From an uncultured Dehalococcoidales bacterium (GTDB lineage Bacteria > Chloroflexota > Dehalococcoidia > GIF9 > UBA5629): 52,640 nt of DNA. The translations under genes and the position numbers were made by a program. The stretch's first letter is position 1. Each line of letters begins with the position of its first letter. Below, one piece after another: positions 33,395-43,491 of this stretch. The notes under the pieces are model-generated. The model made no database searches. It was not told the DNA's origin and saw only the letters and a program-made list of their open reading frames with translations. The stretch is from NCBI GenBank assembly GCA_964509615.1, contig CAZDXZ010000001.1:1-52640 (forward strand). Reading direction: 5' to 3'.

Positions 33395-34192
33395 ATGAGT
33401 AAATTCATCGATAAGCTGGATGGTCTGAATAAGGTTACAGCCCCTGCCATGGGCTTCCATACTGCAGGCAGCGGGGACAAGCCCCTGCCAATGCTGGTTG
33501 CCGTTGAGCTATCCGGGAAACCCGAAGACGAGTTAAAGGAGGTTGCCAGCACGAGCGCCTGCGCAGGCATACTTGACCCCGCCGGGCTGTCCGGCGCCGC
33601 CCTTGTAAAATACCTCAAGACGAAGGTGGATATGCCGGTCGGCCTTGTTTTGACCGGCGGTAAAACGGGCACCGGCGCCAAACCGGAAGGGAGCGATATC
33701 GACTTCATCGTGTTCGATGCCAACCTGCCGGTCAAGTCGCTGGCGGGAAATGAGCCGGGATCGGTAGGCAGGGTGCTGCGGCTGGATATGTCGATCGAGG
33801 CCGGGCTGATGCGGGCCGTCAACAGCCTTCATCCTGAGATCGAGGCTGTGATGGTGGACCTCAGGGTCCCTGCGCTCACAATGGAAACCCTGATGCAGTG
33901 CCGCCGGGCGGCAGATTTCTCGGGCCAGCCCGTCATAGCTTTGACAATCGCCGCGCTTACGACCGCCGAGTTGACCGCTTTACGTGAGGCCGGAGTCAAA
34001 TGCCTGGTCCTGCCTGCGGGTACAGGCGCAGCCGACATAAGTTCGCTCATCGATGATATACGCGCCCTGCCCAAACCGGAAAAGAAGAGGGATAAAAAAG
34101 GCATTGCTATCGTGCCCAGGATCGGGCTTACGCCGGCGCCCAAAAAGGACGCAGATGACGGCGGAGACGACGACGGCGATAACGATGACTGA
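33395..34192 (+). CDS. hypothetical protein with alternating beta/alpha pattern and a basic-then-polyacidic tail
   Basis: ORF track. Tail reads PKPEKKRDKKG...PAPKKDADDGGDDDGDNDD. I recognise no motif. Confidence 0.5.
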   Translation: MSKFIDKLDGLNKVTAPAMGFHTAGSGDKPLPMLVAVELSGKPEDELKEVASTSACAGILDPAGLSGAALVKYLKTKVDMPVGLVLTGGKTGTGAKPEGSDIDFIVFDANLPVKSLAGNEPGSVGRVLRLDMSIEAGLMRAVNSLHPEIEAVMVDLRVPALTMETLMQCRRAADFSGQPVIALTIAALTTAELTALREAGVKCLVLPAGTGAADISSLIDDIRALPKPEKKRDKKGIAIVPRIGLTPAPKKDADDGGDDDGDNDD

Positions 34193-34231
34193 TAAATATT
34201 TCCTGTCCTGATTCCTTCAGGTCCTACTGAT

Positions 34232-34846
34232 ATGACCCAGAATTTATGGCTGTTCCTGCTTTCCGCGGCCGGCATATCGCTGTCCGGTGTGATGCTTCCA
34301 GGACCGCTGACCGCCGCCACTATCGCCAAAGGGTATGACGACAGGAATGCAGGGGCTGTGATCGGCATAGGGCACGGGATAGTGGAGATCCCCATCATTG
34401 CGCTGATTTACTTCGGATTTGCCTCCTACCTGGAGACCCCTACGGTCAAGATGGTTGCCGGCCTGGCGGGCGGCGCCCTGCTGATAGTGATGGGGCTGCT
34501 GATTTTTTTTGCCTTTAAAAGACCGGTGGAGGGCGCATCCGTCATTCCCTATAACCCACTGGTTACCGGCATAGTAATGACAGGCGGCAATCCCTATGTT
34601 TTTCTCTGGTGGGCGACCATAGGCGTGGCGTTGATATCGGGCGCCGTAACCTTCGGCATGCTGGGACTGGTGCTTTTCACGATCGTCCATCTAGCCTGTG
34701 ATATCACCTGGGACCAGATCGTGTCCATGACGGTCTTCCGCACCAGGCACCTGTGGACGCCCCGGGCGCAAAAAATCGTCTTTAGCATTTGTGCGGCAGT
34801 TCTGATAGGATTTGGTATCTGGTATGCCGTGTCAGTCTTCCTTTGA
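34232..34846 (+). CDS. LysE/RhtB-family amino-acid exporter-like membrane protein
   Basis: About 6 TM helices. N-terminal SLSGVMLPGPLTAATIAKG resembles the LysE-type PGP motif. Confidence 0.6.
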   Translation: MTQNLWLFLLSAAGISLSGVMLPGPLTAATIAKGYDDRNAGAVIGIGHGIVEIPIIALIYFGFASYLETPTVKMVAGLAGGALLIVMGLLIFFAFKRPVEGASVIPYNPLVTGIVMTGGNPYVFLWWATIGVALISGAVTFGMLGLVLFTIVHLACDITWDQIVSMTVFRTRHLWTPRAQKIVFSICAAVLIGFGIWYAVSVFL

Positions 34847-34928
34847 GCTGATAGCTGCACTATCGATTTAATCTATGCAAGATTATTGACAGGACCTGAA
34901 CTGAGAGATAATCCCTCGGATTCCTGAA

Positions 34929-36134
34929 TTGTTCGATACGCTTAAAAAACATTTAAGTCAATGGGGAGGGGGCATAAGCCTCTTCTTCTGCTTCACTCAT
35001 TTCAGCCAGGACCTGATGACCAGCCTGCTCATCACGCTGCTGCCGTTTATCCGGCAGGATATGATGCTGAACTACTTCCAGTCCGGATTGCTGGTCTCCG
35101 CATTCAGCGTTACCTCGGGACTATCGCAGATACTGGGCGGATGGGTCGGCGACCGCATCAAGCACAGGTGGATATCGATAACGATGGGTTTGATCGGAGT
35201 AGGCATCAGCGGCATCGCCGCAGGCCTGATGCCGACCTATGAATCATTGCTGGTAGCCATGGTGGCCATGGGTATCTTTGCTGGCGCTTACCATCCTGCG
35301 GCTGTGCCCGCCATCAGCAGTATGTTCGAGGACCGGCGCGGCAAGGCCATAGGGCTGCATATGATCGGCGGCGCCATAGGCTTCGGCCTGGGTCCCTTTA
35401 TCGGCACGGCCATCGCTGCAACCATCAGCTGGCACATGGCCTTTATCCTGCTTTCCATACCGGCGCTGGTCGCAGGGGTGAGCGTGGCGGTCTGGCTGCG
35501 CAAAATGGAGCCCGATATACCGCGCCATACATTTGCTGAAGTAAAAGGGAAAAAGGCCGATACCGATGCGCCGTCGCTCTGGCAGGTGCTGAAGAAGGTT
35601 TCCGTGGTCTTCATACTGGTAATCGTGGTTACCTTCACCTCCGGCTCTCTGCTGCCTTTCATACCGCTTTACCTGGTCGACCATTACAACCTCAGCGCAA
35701 CAATGGCCGCGGTCTGGACCAGCATATTGAGGGCATCGGGAATTCTGGGAGGCCTGTTCGGGGGATGGCTTTCCGACAGGTGGGGAAACAGGAATGCAGT
35801 GCTGCTGGCGTTGATTGCCATCGGCCCGGCCATACTGCTCTTCACGACAGTCGGTTATTTCCCTGCGCTGGCCGTGATGATGATCGTCATAGGGATACTG
35901 TGGATGCTGAGGGAGACTGTGGTGCAGACATATTTGATTACCAAGACGCCGTCGCACATGCACGGCTTGATGGTCGGCATCTATTTCGGCATCGGGCAGC
36001 AGGGCCAGAGCCTGCTCCAGCCCGTTTACGGAGTGTTTATGGACATGGCCGGAATCTCAAACGTCTTCCTCATCGTCGGCCTCATCAGCCTGGCCACATC
36101 CATCGTCACAATCTTCCTTGCTCGCAAAATATAG
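34929..36134 (+). CDS. MFS transporter
   Basis: 12 predicted TM segments and the loop 2-3 motif GGWVGDRIKHR. TTG start. Confidence 0.75.
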   Translation: MFDTLKKHLSQWGGGISLFFCFTHFSQDLMTSLLITLLPFIRQDMMLNYFQSGLLVSAFSVTSGLSQILGGWVGDRIKHRWISITMGLIGVGISGIAAGLMPTYESLLVAMVAMGIFAGAYHPAAVPAISSMFEDRRGKAIGLHMIGGAIGFGLGPFIGTAIAATISWHMAFILLSIPALVAGVSVAVWLRKMEPDIPRHTFAEVKGKKADTDAPSLWQVLKKVSVVFILVIVVTFTSGSLLPFIPLYLVDHYNLSATMAAVWTSILRASGILGGLFGGWLSDRWGNRNAVLLALIAIGPAILLFTTVGYFPALAVMMIVIGILWMLRETVVQTYLITKTPSHMHGLMVGIYFGIGQQGQSLLQPVYGVFMDMAGISNVFLIVGLISLATSIVTIFLARKI

Positions 36135-36177
36135 GATCAGCCGGTAATTACTGAGAATTATTGGCAGGGGGCCGTTT

Positions 36178-37323
36178 TCAGCAGCTCTGCTGAATGGCCT
36201 GGAAGTATTTCCCCTCCGTCTTGATGGAGGGGGCGATCACCAGTTTAACTTTCTGGAACTCTTTGATATTGAGCGCCCCGCAGACTCCCATGGCGTTGCG
36301 CAGCGCGCCAACATAGTTTTCCGTACCGTCAGTCACGTGGCTGGGACCGAAGAGGAGTTTATCGAGTGAACCTTTGACGCCGGTCTTGATGCGCGTGCCG
36401 CGCGGGAGCGTGGCTGACGGCTGGGACATGCCCCAGTGGTATCCTTTGCCGGGCGCTTCGGCGGCGCGTGTGAGTATGGAACCGAAGACCACGGCGTCGG
36501 CCCCGGCCACAAAGGCCTTGCACATATCGCTGCCGATGCGGATGCCGCCGTCGGTGATGATCGAGACATAGCGGCCGCTCTCTTTGAAATAAACGTCGCG
36601 TGCGGCCGCGCAGTCGATGGTGGCCGTCACCTGCGGCACACCCACGCCCAGCACCTCGCGCGTTGTGCAAGCCGCGCCCGGCCCGATGCCTACCAGCAGG
36701 CCGTCGATGCCTGTCCGCATCAACTCCAGCGCCGCGCTGTAGGTCACTGCGTTGCCCACCATCACCGGGATACGGAGCTGCTTGCACAGGTCGGAGAAGC
36801 TCAGGCCGCGGTAGCTCTTGGATATATGCCGTGCAGTGGTTACAGTGGTCTGCACCACGATTATGTCTGCGCCGGCTTCCTCAGCGACGGGAGCCAGCTT
36901 CTTGGTTGTGGCTGGTATCATGGACACGGCGCAGGCGGCGCCGGCCTTCTTTATCTTCTGGATGCGCTGTGCGATAAGCGAGTCTTTGATGGGCTGGCTG
37001 TAGATCTTCTGCATCAGGGCGGTGACCTCCGCCTGAGGCGCGTTGATTATCTCGTCCAGTATAGCGCGTGGATTATCGTATCGAACCTGCACACCGTCGA
37101 TATTGAGTATGGGCAGCCCGCCGGCCTTGTTGAAGGCAATGGCGAAATCGGGGTCAACCACCGCATCCATGGCGGCTGCTACAACTGGTATGGCGAATGT
37201 GATATCGCGGATTTTGAACTCGATATTGGTCTGGTCCGGATTGACCGTGACGTCCCCTGGCACGATTGCCACTTCGTCGAAACCATATGCTCGTTCGAGC
37301 TCTTTGAATTTAGGTACCGGCAT
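36178..37323 (-). CDS. GuaB3-type IMP dehydrogenase-related protein (IMPDH/GMPR TIM barrel without CBS pair)
   Basis: FDEVAIVPGD..., active-site-like loop VGIGPGAACTTREVLGVGVPQ, and GGIRIGSDMCKAFVAGADAVVFGS. At 381 aa it is too short to hold a CBS insert. Confidence 0.8.
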   Translation of the reverse strand: MPVPKFKELERAYGFDEVAIVPGDVTVNPDQTNIEFKIRDITFAIPVVAAAMDAVVDPDFAIAFNKAGGLPILNIDGVQVRYDNPRAILDEIINAPQAEVTALMQKIYSQPIKDSLIAQRIQKIKKAGAACAVSMIPATTKKLAPVAEEAGADIIVVQTTVTTARHISKSYRGLSFSDLCKQLRIPVMVGNAVTYSAALELMRTGIDGLLVGIGPGAACTTREVLGVGVPQVTATIDCAAARDVYFKESGRYVSIITDGGIRIGSDMCKAFVAGADAVVFGSILTRAAEAPGKGYHWGMSQPSATLPRGTRIKTGVKGSLDKLLFGPSHVTDGTENYVGALRNAMGVCGALNIKEFQKVKLVIAPSIKTEGKYFQAIQQSC

Positions 37324-37596
37324 TGCAGGCCTCGGGGGGTGATTAGCGGAAACTATATCAAAACAGGCAGTTTGAAGTCAAGCTTTGCCATGACACTTCA
37401 TTCAGCATCAAGCCGGGATGAGGCCCAGCGCAAGGGCAATTTTAGGAGCAACCGGCCTGGTTTATCGAGGTAGGGTCAATGCTCCACCAGCTATAAAAAC
37501 CGACCCCATACTGTGCCGAACATGGAGCCTGCTCGAGATTGCCGTCAGAAATAGCTTGCTCATCTAACGAATTATCCGGCACTTTGGTAATATCGC

Positions 37597-37625
37597 TTGA
37601 CATATCAAACTTTAAGCGCTATAAA
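37597..37625 (+). promoter_or_regulatory. sigma70-type promoter upstream of the sensor kinase gene
   Basis: TTGACA (37597..37602), 17-nt spacer, TATAAA (37620..37625), about 70 nt before ATG 37694. Confidence 0.5.
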
Positions 37626-37693
37626 GTCATCATACGCTAGACCAGGTCAGAACTTCTCTTTGAAAGACATCCCCACGACTGTGGAGGCAGGCA

Positions 37694-40108
37694 ATGAAGG
37701 CAGCGGCGTCAGGTAACTACATAACCTCCATCTTTGGCATACTTGCTCTCATCGGCGTTGCCCTGACCAGCCTCTATAGCTACGTCCTTTTCCATACCCT
37801 GGCCGAGGCCTTTATCATTGTCATCGCCTGCGGCGTCTTCATGGTCGCCTGGAACTCCCGCAATTTCTCCCAGAGCAGCTACTTCACTTTTATCGGTATC
37901 GCCTATCTCTTCGTCGCCATGATTGAGCTTCTTCACACCATGGCATACAAAGGTCTGGGAGTTTTCCAGGGTTATGATGCAAACCTGCCAACGCAACTGT
38001 GGATTGCCGCCCGCTACATGGAAAGCCTTTCCCTGTTGGTAGCGCCCCTGATCATCAACCGCAAGCTCAGAATCTGGCCAACCCTCTTGGGTTACATGGT
38101 GGTCACGGCTCTTCTAGTGGTGTCCATCTTCTATTGGAAGAACTTTCCTGACTGTTTCGTCCAGGGCAGCGGGTTGACGCCTTTCAAGGTTGCCAGCGAA
38201 TATATCATCTCCATCATCCTGGCAGGAGCCATTTATCTGCTACTGCGAAACCGCAAGCAATTTGACCCCAGGGTACTCAGGCTTCTAATTGCTTCCATCG
38301 CCGTCACTATCTGCGCCGAGATGGCATTCACTCTCTATGCAGATGTATACGGCATATTGAACCTGTTCGGTCATCTCTTAACCATCATCTCCTTCTACCT
38401 GATTTACAGGGCTGTCATCGTCACCGGACTAAAAGAGCCTTACGCTCTTTTATTCCGAGAACTTAACATAAGCCGCAATGAACTGCAATTGGAAAAAAAC
38501 AGGCTGGAAAACGTGAACCGCGAGTTGGAGGACATCAACCGCGGAGTGGTTGCCCTGTACGCCGAGCTCGACGAGAAGGCAACACACCTTGCCAGTGCTA
38601 ATGAGCTCAAGGCACGCTTCCTGTCCAACATGAGCCACGAGTTCCGCACTCCGCTTAATTCTATACTTTCTTTATCCCGCTTATTGCTTGACCGTGTTGA
38701 CGGAGACCTTACTGAGGATCAGGATAAGCAGGTAACCTACATTCAGGGATCCGCCTCCGCTCTATCCAACCTGGTAAACGACCTGCTGGACATATCCAAG
38801 ATAGAAGCGGGTAAAACAACGATTAACGTTACTGATTTTGAGGTGAGCACGATATTAAGCGCGCTGCGCGGCATGTTGCGCCCGCTGCTGGTCAACCCCC
38901 GAGTGGCTTTTACTATTGAGGAGGTAGCGGGTATCCCTGCTCTTCACACTGATGAAGGCAAGGTCTCCCAGATACTGAGAAACCTCGTCTCCAATGCCAT
39001 CAAGTTCACCGAAAAAGGCGAGATACGGGTGATTGCGCGATTGGACACCGCAGGCGAAACGGTGACTTTTTCCGTAGCCGACACGGGTATTGGAATAGCT
39101 GCGGAAGATCAGAAACGTATTTTTAACGAGTATACGCAGATAGATAGCGCTCTCCAGCGCAAGACCAAAGGCACCGGGCTGGGGTTGTCACTATCACGAA
39201 AGCTGGCGCAGATACTGGGTGGGGATATCGCGGTGGAAAACAAACCAGGTAAAGGCTCGGTTTTTTATCTGACTATACCGCTGCACTACCCGGGACCGGC
39301 GCTGCCTGGCGCGGATCAACAAATCACGGCAGAGGATACCACGCGCTATCCCGTGCTGGTAATAGAAGACGACCAGACCACTCAAACGCTCTATGAAAAA
39401 TATCTCAGGGGCACAGGATTTCAGGTGCTGAAGGCATTTTCCCTGAGAGAAGCCCGCGCCATGCTGGAAAAAATCAAGCCGCTGGCTATCGTCCTGGATA
39501 TTCTTCTTCCGGGCGAAGACGGTTGGGCATTTCTCTCGGAGCTTAAAACGGGGAATGCTACAAAAAATATCCCCGTCATAGTTGCCACCGTGCTTGAAGA
39601 CGGCCGGCGGGGAATGATGCTGGGCGCGGAAGATTTCTGCACCAAGCCGGTAGAGCGTAAATGGCTACTGGAGAACCTGAGGAAAATATCGGCAAAAACC
39701 CCGGTGGAAAACGTGCTCATCATTGATGATGAGGAAGTAGCCAGGTACATCATAAAGGGAATTCTGGCAGATACCAAATACAAGATCATAGAAGCCGATG
39801 GCGGCATTGAAGGCCTGGAAAAAGCGAGGCAACTGAAACCGGATTTAATCTTGTTGGATCTGATGATGCCGGGTATGAACGGCTTTGAGGTGCTGGCAAA
39901 GCTCAAAGAGGATAAGGCCACCAGCCGGATTCCGGTGATAGTCGTGACGTCCAAGGTACTGGAAAAAGATGAATTAGATTACTTGAATAAAAAAGCCAGA
40001 GCTGTAGTCGCCAAAGGCCAGACTGCCGGTGATGCAATGATGATAGCTGTGCGCGAGGCTCTGGTCAAAGCCGCCGCTGAACGCAACATATCGGGGAGTG
40101 CGCAATGA
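37694..40108 (+). CDS. hybrid sensor histidine kinase: polytopic membrane sensor domain, coiled coil, HisKA, HATPase_c, two receiver domains
   Basis: About 7 N-terminal TM helices, H-box SHEFRTPLNSI, G-boxes DTGIGI and GTGLGLSLS, and REC aspartates in VLDILLPGEDG and LLDLMMPGMNG. Confidence 0.85.
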   Translation: MKAAASGNYITSIFGILALIGVALTSLYSYVLFHTLAEAFIIVIACGVFMVAWNSRNFSQSSYFTFIGIAYLFVAMIELLHTMAYKGLGVFQGYDANLPTQLWIAARYMESLSLLVAPLIINRKLRIWPTLLGYMVVTALLVVSIFYWKNFPDCFVQGSGLTPFKVASEYIISIILAGAIYLLLRNRKQFDPRVLRLLIASIAVTICAEMAFTLYADVYGILNLFGHLLTIISFYLIYRAVIVTGLKEPYALLFRELNISRNELQLEKNRLENVNRELEDINRGVVALYAELDEKATHLASANELKARFLSNMSHEFRTPLNSILSLSRLLLDRVDGDLTEDQDKQVTYIQGSASALSNLVNDLLDISKIEAGKTTINVTDFEVSTILSALRGMLRPLLVNPRVAFTIEEVAGIPALHTDEGKVSQILRNLVSNAIKFTEKGEIRVIARLDTAGETVTFSVADTGIGIAAEDQKRIFNEYTQIDSALQRKTKGTGLGLSLSRKLAQILGGDIAVENKPGKGSVFYLTIPLHYPGPALPGADQQITAEDTTRYPVLVIEDDQTTQTLYEKYLRGTGFQVLKAFSLREARAMLEKIKPLAIVLDILLPGEDGWAFLSELKTGNATKNIPVIVATVLEDGRRGMMLGAEDFCTKPVERKWLLENLRKISAKTPVENVLIIDDEEVARYIIKGILADTKYKIIEADGGIEGLEKARQLKPDLILLDLMMPGMNGFEVLAKLKEDKATSRIPVIVVTSKVLEKDELDYLNKKARAVVAKGQTAGDAMMIAVREALVKAAAERNISGSAQ

Positions 40109-43100
40109 CAAAGAAAAGAAACAAGGTAATTCTAAACGTGGACGATGTAGATGCCGGGCGCTACACTACCACCAGGATACTGAAGAAGGCCGGTTTCGAG
40201 GTTTGGGAAGCTGCCTCAGGTAATGAAGCCCTGGCAAAGATAAAAGATATGCCGGACATGGTGATTCTTGATGTTAATTTGCCGGACATCAGTGGACTCG
40301 AGGTCTGTGAACGTATAAAGTCTGACCCTTCCACCAGTTCCATACCTGTGCTCCACCTCTCGGCAGCCTATACTGCAATAAAGGACAGGGTAACAGGTCT
40401 GGACCATGGTGCTGATGGCTATCTGGTTCAGCCTGTGGAACCGGATGAGCTTATTGCGCATGTCAATGCGCTGCTGCGGCTGAAAGAGACAGAGGTTAAA
40501 CTAATAGCAGCCAACCGGTTATACGCGCTGCTCAGCGATACCAACCAGGCTATCGTCAGAATTAAAGAGCGCGATGAGCTGTGTCAGACTATCTGTAAAA
40601 TCGCTGTGGAGACCGGGAAATTCAGAATGGCTTGGGTGGGAATGATCGATCAGAAGAGCGGCGCAGTTAAACCTGTAGCGCATTATGGCCATGAGGACGG
40701 CTACTTGAAAAAAGTTTTACCGAATATTAAGGCGAAAGATGCCGGTCCAGTGCCCGATGTACAGGCAATACGAAGAAAAGAAGTAACCGTTATTGGCGAT
40801 ATCGAAACAGATGCCGGGATGCTGCGCTGGCGCGATGAAGCGCTGAAGCGGGGCTACCGCTCGCTGGCAATTGTGCCTTTGAGGCTCAAAGGAAAATTCC
40901 TGGGGAATCTGACCATATATGCCGATAAGCCCTGGTTCTTTACCGACGAGGAAAATAAGCTGTTCCAGGAGATAGGAGATGATATCTCGTTTGCTCTGGA
41001 TTCCATCCAGACAGAAAAGGAACGCCAGGAGGCGGAGGGGGCTATTCAGGAAAGCGAAGAGAAATATCGTTCTCTTTTCAACCAGTCAGCGCAAGGTATC
41101 TATTTGCATGAACTGGACGGCCGCATAATCGACGTCAATGAGACGGCTTGTTCGCAGTCCGGATATTCCAGGGAAGAACTGACACGGATGAGCGTGTTCG
41201 ATTTGCATCCAGATACAAAAGATACCAGGAACATGCCTCGGGCCGAAACACTTCGCTTATGGAATCAGTGGCAGCCGGGACAGAGGTTTAATTATGAGGG
41301 AGAACACCAACGCAAGGACGGTACAGGCTATCCGGTCGTTATCTCCACAGGCGTGGTTCGCTTCAGACATGGGAATTTCATTATGGCTGTTGTTCAGGAC
41401 ATTACCGAGCGCAAGAAGGCAGAGAAGGCGCTGCGGGCGAGCGAGGAGCGGTACCGCCTGCTGGCCGAACACACAAAAGATATGGTGTGGCTCATGGATA
41501 TGAACCTTAACACCGTTTACCTTAGTCCCTTAACCGAAAAAGTCAGCGGCTTTACGTTGCAGGAAAGGATGGAACTGACAATGGAGCAGAGTCTCACGCC
41601 GGAGTCGCTGAAATTGGCAGCAGACCTGTTTTTAAAAGAACTACCAAAGGTGCAGGCCGACCCGGACTACAATCCCATTCGCACATTGGAACTCGAGTAT
41701 TACTGCAAGGACGGCACAACCAAGTGGACGGAAGATACATTCAGTGTGATAAGAGATGAGAATGGCAAGCCCTCATTTATCCTTGGCGAGGCCAGGGACA
41801 TCAGCGAGCGCAAGCAGGCCAAGGACAAACTGCGCGAGAGCGAGGAGCGGTTTCGTGTTGCGCAGGAAATGTCCCCCGATGGATTCACCATTCTTCATCC
41901 TTTGCGAAACGAAAAAGGTGAGGTCATTGACTTTACGTGGGTTTACGAAAACCAGGCAATCGCACGTATTAACGGAACAGATCCGGAAGAAGTAAAAGGC
42001 AAGCGGCTGCTTGACCTATTTCCAACTCATAAAGGCACATCTGTATTTGAATCATATATCAATGTGGCCACTTCTGGAAGGCCACAGATAATAGAAGAAG
42101 TATATGTTGGAGAGATCGTTTCAAGGCCGACATGGCTTCGTCTGGTGGTTGTATCGATGGGTGAAGATATTGCTATTCTTGCACAGGACATCACCGAGCG
42201 CAAGCGGGCGGAGGAGGCCGTACTGCGCTCAAAAACATTGTTGCAAATTATCGTTGATTCCTCACCGGACTGGATATATGTCAAGGACTCTGAGCACAGA
42301 TACATAATGGTCAACAAATGCTTGGCTGAGGCGCAGAAGCTGGCGCCGCAGGATATGATCGGCAGGCCGGATACCGACTTCTTCCCGGAGGAACTCTGCC
42401 TCGGCAATCCGGAAAAAGGCATTACGGGATATCATACGGAAGACCGTCTGGTTTTTCAGGGGCAGATAGTGCACGATCCTGGCAAAATAATTACCTGGGC
42501 CGATGGCTCACCACATATCTACAATTCATACAAAATACCGCTGGCCGACCAGGCGGGGAATATATACGCCGCCTTGGTATACAGCCGCGATATCACGGCC
42601 CGTCACAAGGCGGAAGGCGAGAGAGAAGCCGCCTTTAACGTACTTAAGCGGACATTTCAGGCTGTTATAGATACCCTGGCCAGAGTGGTGGAAATGCGCG
42701 ACCCATATACCGCCGGGCACCAGCGGCGTGTGGCCGGGCTGGCAAGCGCTATAGCCCGTGAGATGAATCTGGATGATGCCAGAATTGAACATCTGATAAT
42801 GGCAGCCAAGATACATGACATCGGAAAAATGTATGTGCCATCCGATATTCTGAGCAAGCCCGGCAAACTGAATGATCTTGAGTTTAGCTTGATCAGGACA
42901 CATACCCAGGGTAGTTACAATATTATCAGGGACATCGAATTTTCTCAGCCTGTTGCACTGATGGCCCTGCAGCATCATGAAAGGCTTGACGGCTCAGGGT
43001 ACCCCAACGGGTTGAAAGGCGCAGAGCTACTTACTGAATCCAGAATATTAGCTGTGGCGGATGTAGTCGAAGCAATGTCTTCACACCGTCCTTACAGGCC

Positions 43101-43227
43101 ATCGCTCGGTATTGATAAGGCACTTGAAGAAATATCCAGGAACAAAGGCAAGCTGTATGATCCAGACGTGGTGGATACCTGCCTGGAGCTCTTTAAGAGC
43201 GGCAGGTTCGAGTTTAAAGACGTGTGA
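40105..43227 (+). CDS. response-regulator receiver + GAF + multiple PAS + HD-GYP domain protein (predicted c-di-GMP phosphodiesterase)
   Basis: REC (MVILDVNLPDISG), repeated PAS-flanking DITERKKAE / DISERKQAK / DITERKRAE linkers, then HD (KIHDIGKM) and HHERLDGSGYPNGL. The start overlaps the kinase stop (ATGA). Confidence 0.85.
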   Translation: MTKKRNKVILNVDDVDAGRYTTTRILKKAGFEVWEAASGNEALAKIKDMPDMVILDVNLPDISGLEVCERIKSDPSTSSIPVLHLSAAYTAIKDRVTGLDHGADGYLVQPVEPDELIAHVNALLRLKETEVKLIAANRLYALLSDTNQAIVRIKERDELCQTICKIAVETGKFRMAWVGMIDQKSGAVKPVAHYGHEDGYLKKVLPNIKAKDAGPVPDVQAIRRKEVTVIGDIETDAGMLRWRDEALKRGYRSLAIVPLRLKGKFLGNLTIYADKPWFFTDEENKLFQEIGDDISFALDSIQTEKERQEAEGAIQESEEKYRSLFNQSAQGIYLHELDGRIIDVNETACSQSGYSREELTRMSVFDLHPDTKDTRNMPRAETLRLWNQWQPGQRFNYEGEHQRKDGTGYPVVISTGVVRFRHGNFIMAVVQDITERKKAEKALRASEERYRLLAEHTKDMVWLMDMNLNTVYLSPLTEKVSGFTLQERMELTMEQSLTPESLKLAADLFLKELPKVQADPDYNPIRTLELEYYCKDGTTKWTEDTFSVIRDENGKPSFILGEARDISERKQAKDKLRESEERFRVAQEMSPDGFTILHPLRNEKGEVIDFTWVYENQAIARINGTDPEEVKGKRLLDLFPTHKGTSVFESYINVATSGRPQIIEEVYVGEIVSRPTWLRLVVVSMGEDIAILAQDITERKRAEEAVLRSKTLLQIIVDSSPDWIYVKDSEHRYIMVNKCLAEAQKLAPQDMIGRPDTDFFPEELCLGNPEKGITGYHTEDRLVFQGQIVHDPGKIITWADGSPHIYNSYKIPLADQAGNIYAALVYSRDITARHKAEGEREAAFNVLKRTFQAVIDTLARVVEMRDPYTAGHQRRVAGLASAIAREMNLDDARIEHLIMAAKIHDIGKMYVPSDILSKPGKLNDLEFSLIRTHTQGSYNIIRDIEFSQPVALMALQHHERLDGSGYPNGLKGAELLTESRILAVADVVEAMSSHRPYRPSLGIDKALEEISRNKGKLYDPDVVDTCLELFKSGRFEFKDV

Positions 43228-43491
43228 TTCTCAGGATCAGCCTGCAGGGCTAAATCGGCATCAATAGATCGGATACCCGGCAGGCGCTGCCTGCAGTTCT
43301 ATTATCTTGTGAGTAATTGTTGGTGCGCCGGAATAAGCTTTTTGCCCTCAAACTGGAGTTCGGGAACTGTCCACAATGGCCCATTAAAAATGGATACGAA
43401 ATAGTCTGGTCAATCTGATTTTAACGAAAGTTCTACCGGCGACATAAAGTTTACCGCCGAGCGTAAACTGGGATATAATTACTGCGTTATC

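Noticed and set aside
43228-43491. Possible promoter (TTTACC-18-TATAAT) or small RNA in the 264-nt gap before rsmI
   Set aside because: The -10 sits only about 12 nt before the GTG start and the -35 is weak. There is no convincing hairpin or conserved-looking structure, so the evidence is insufficient to call it.
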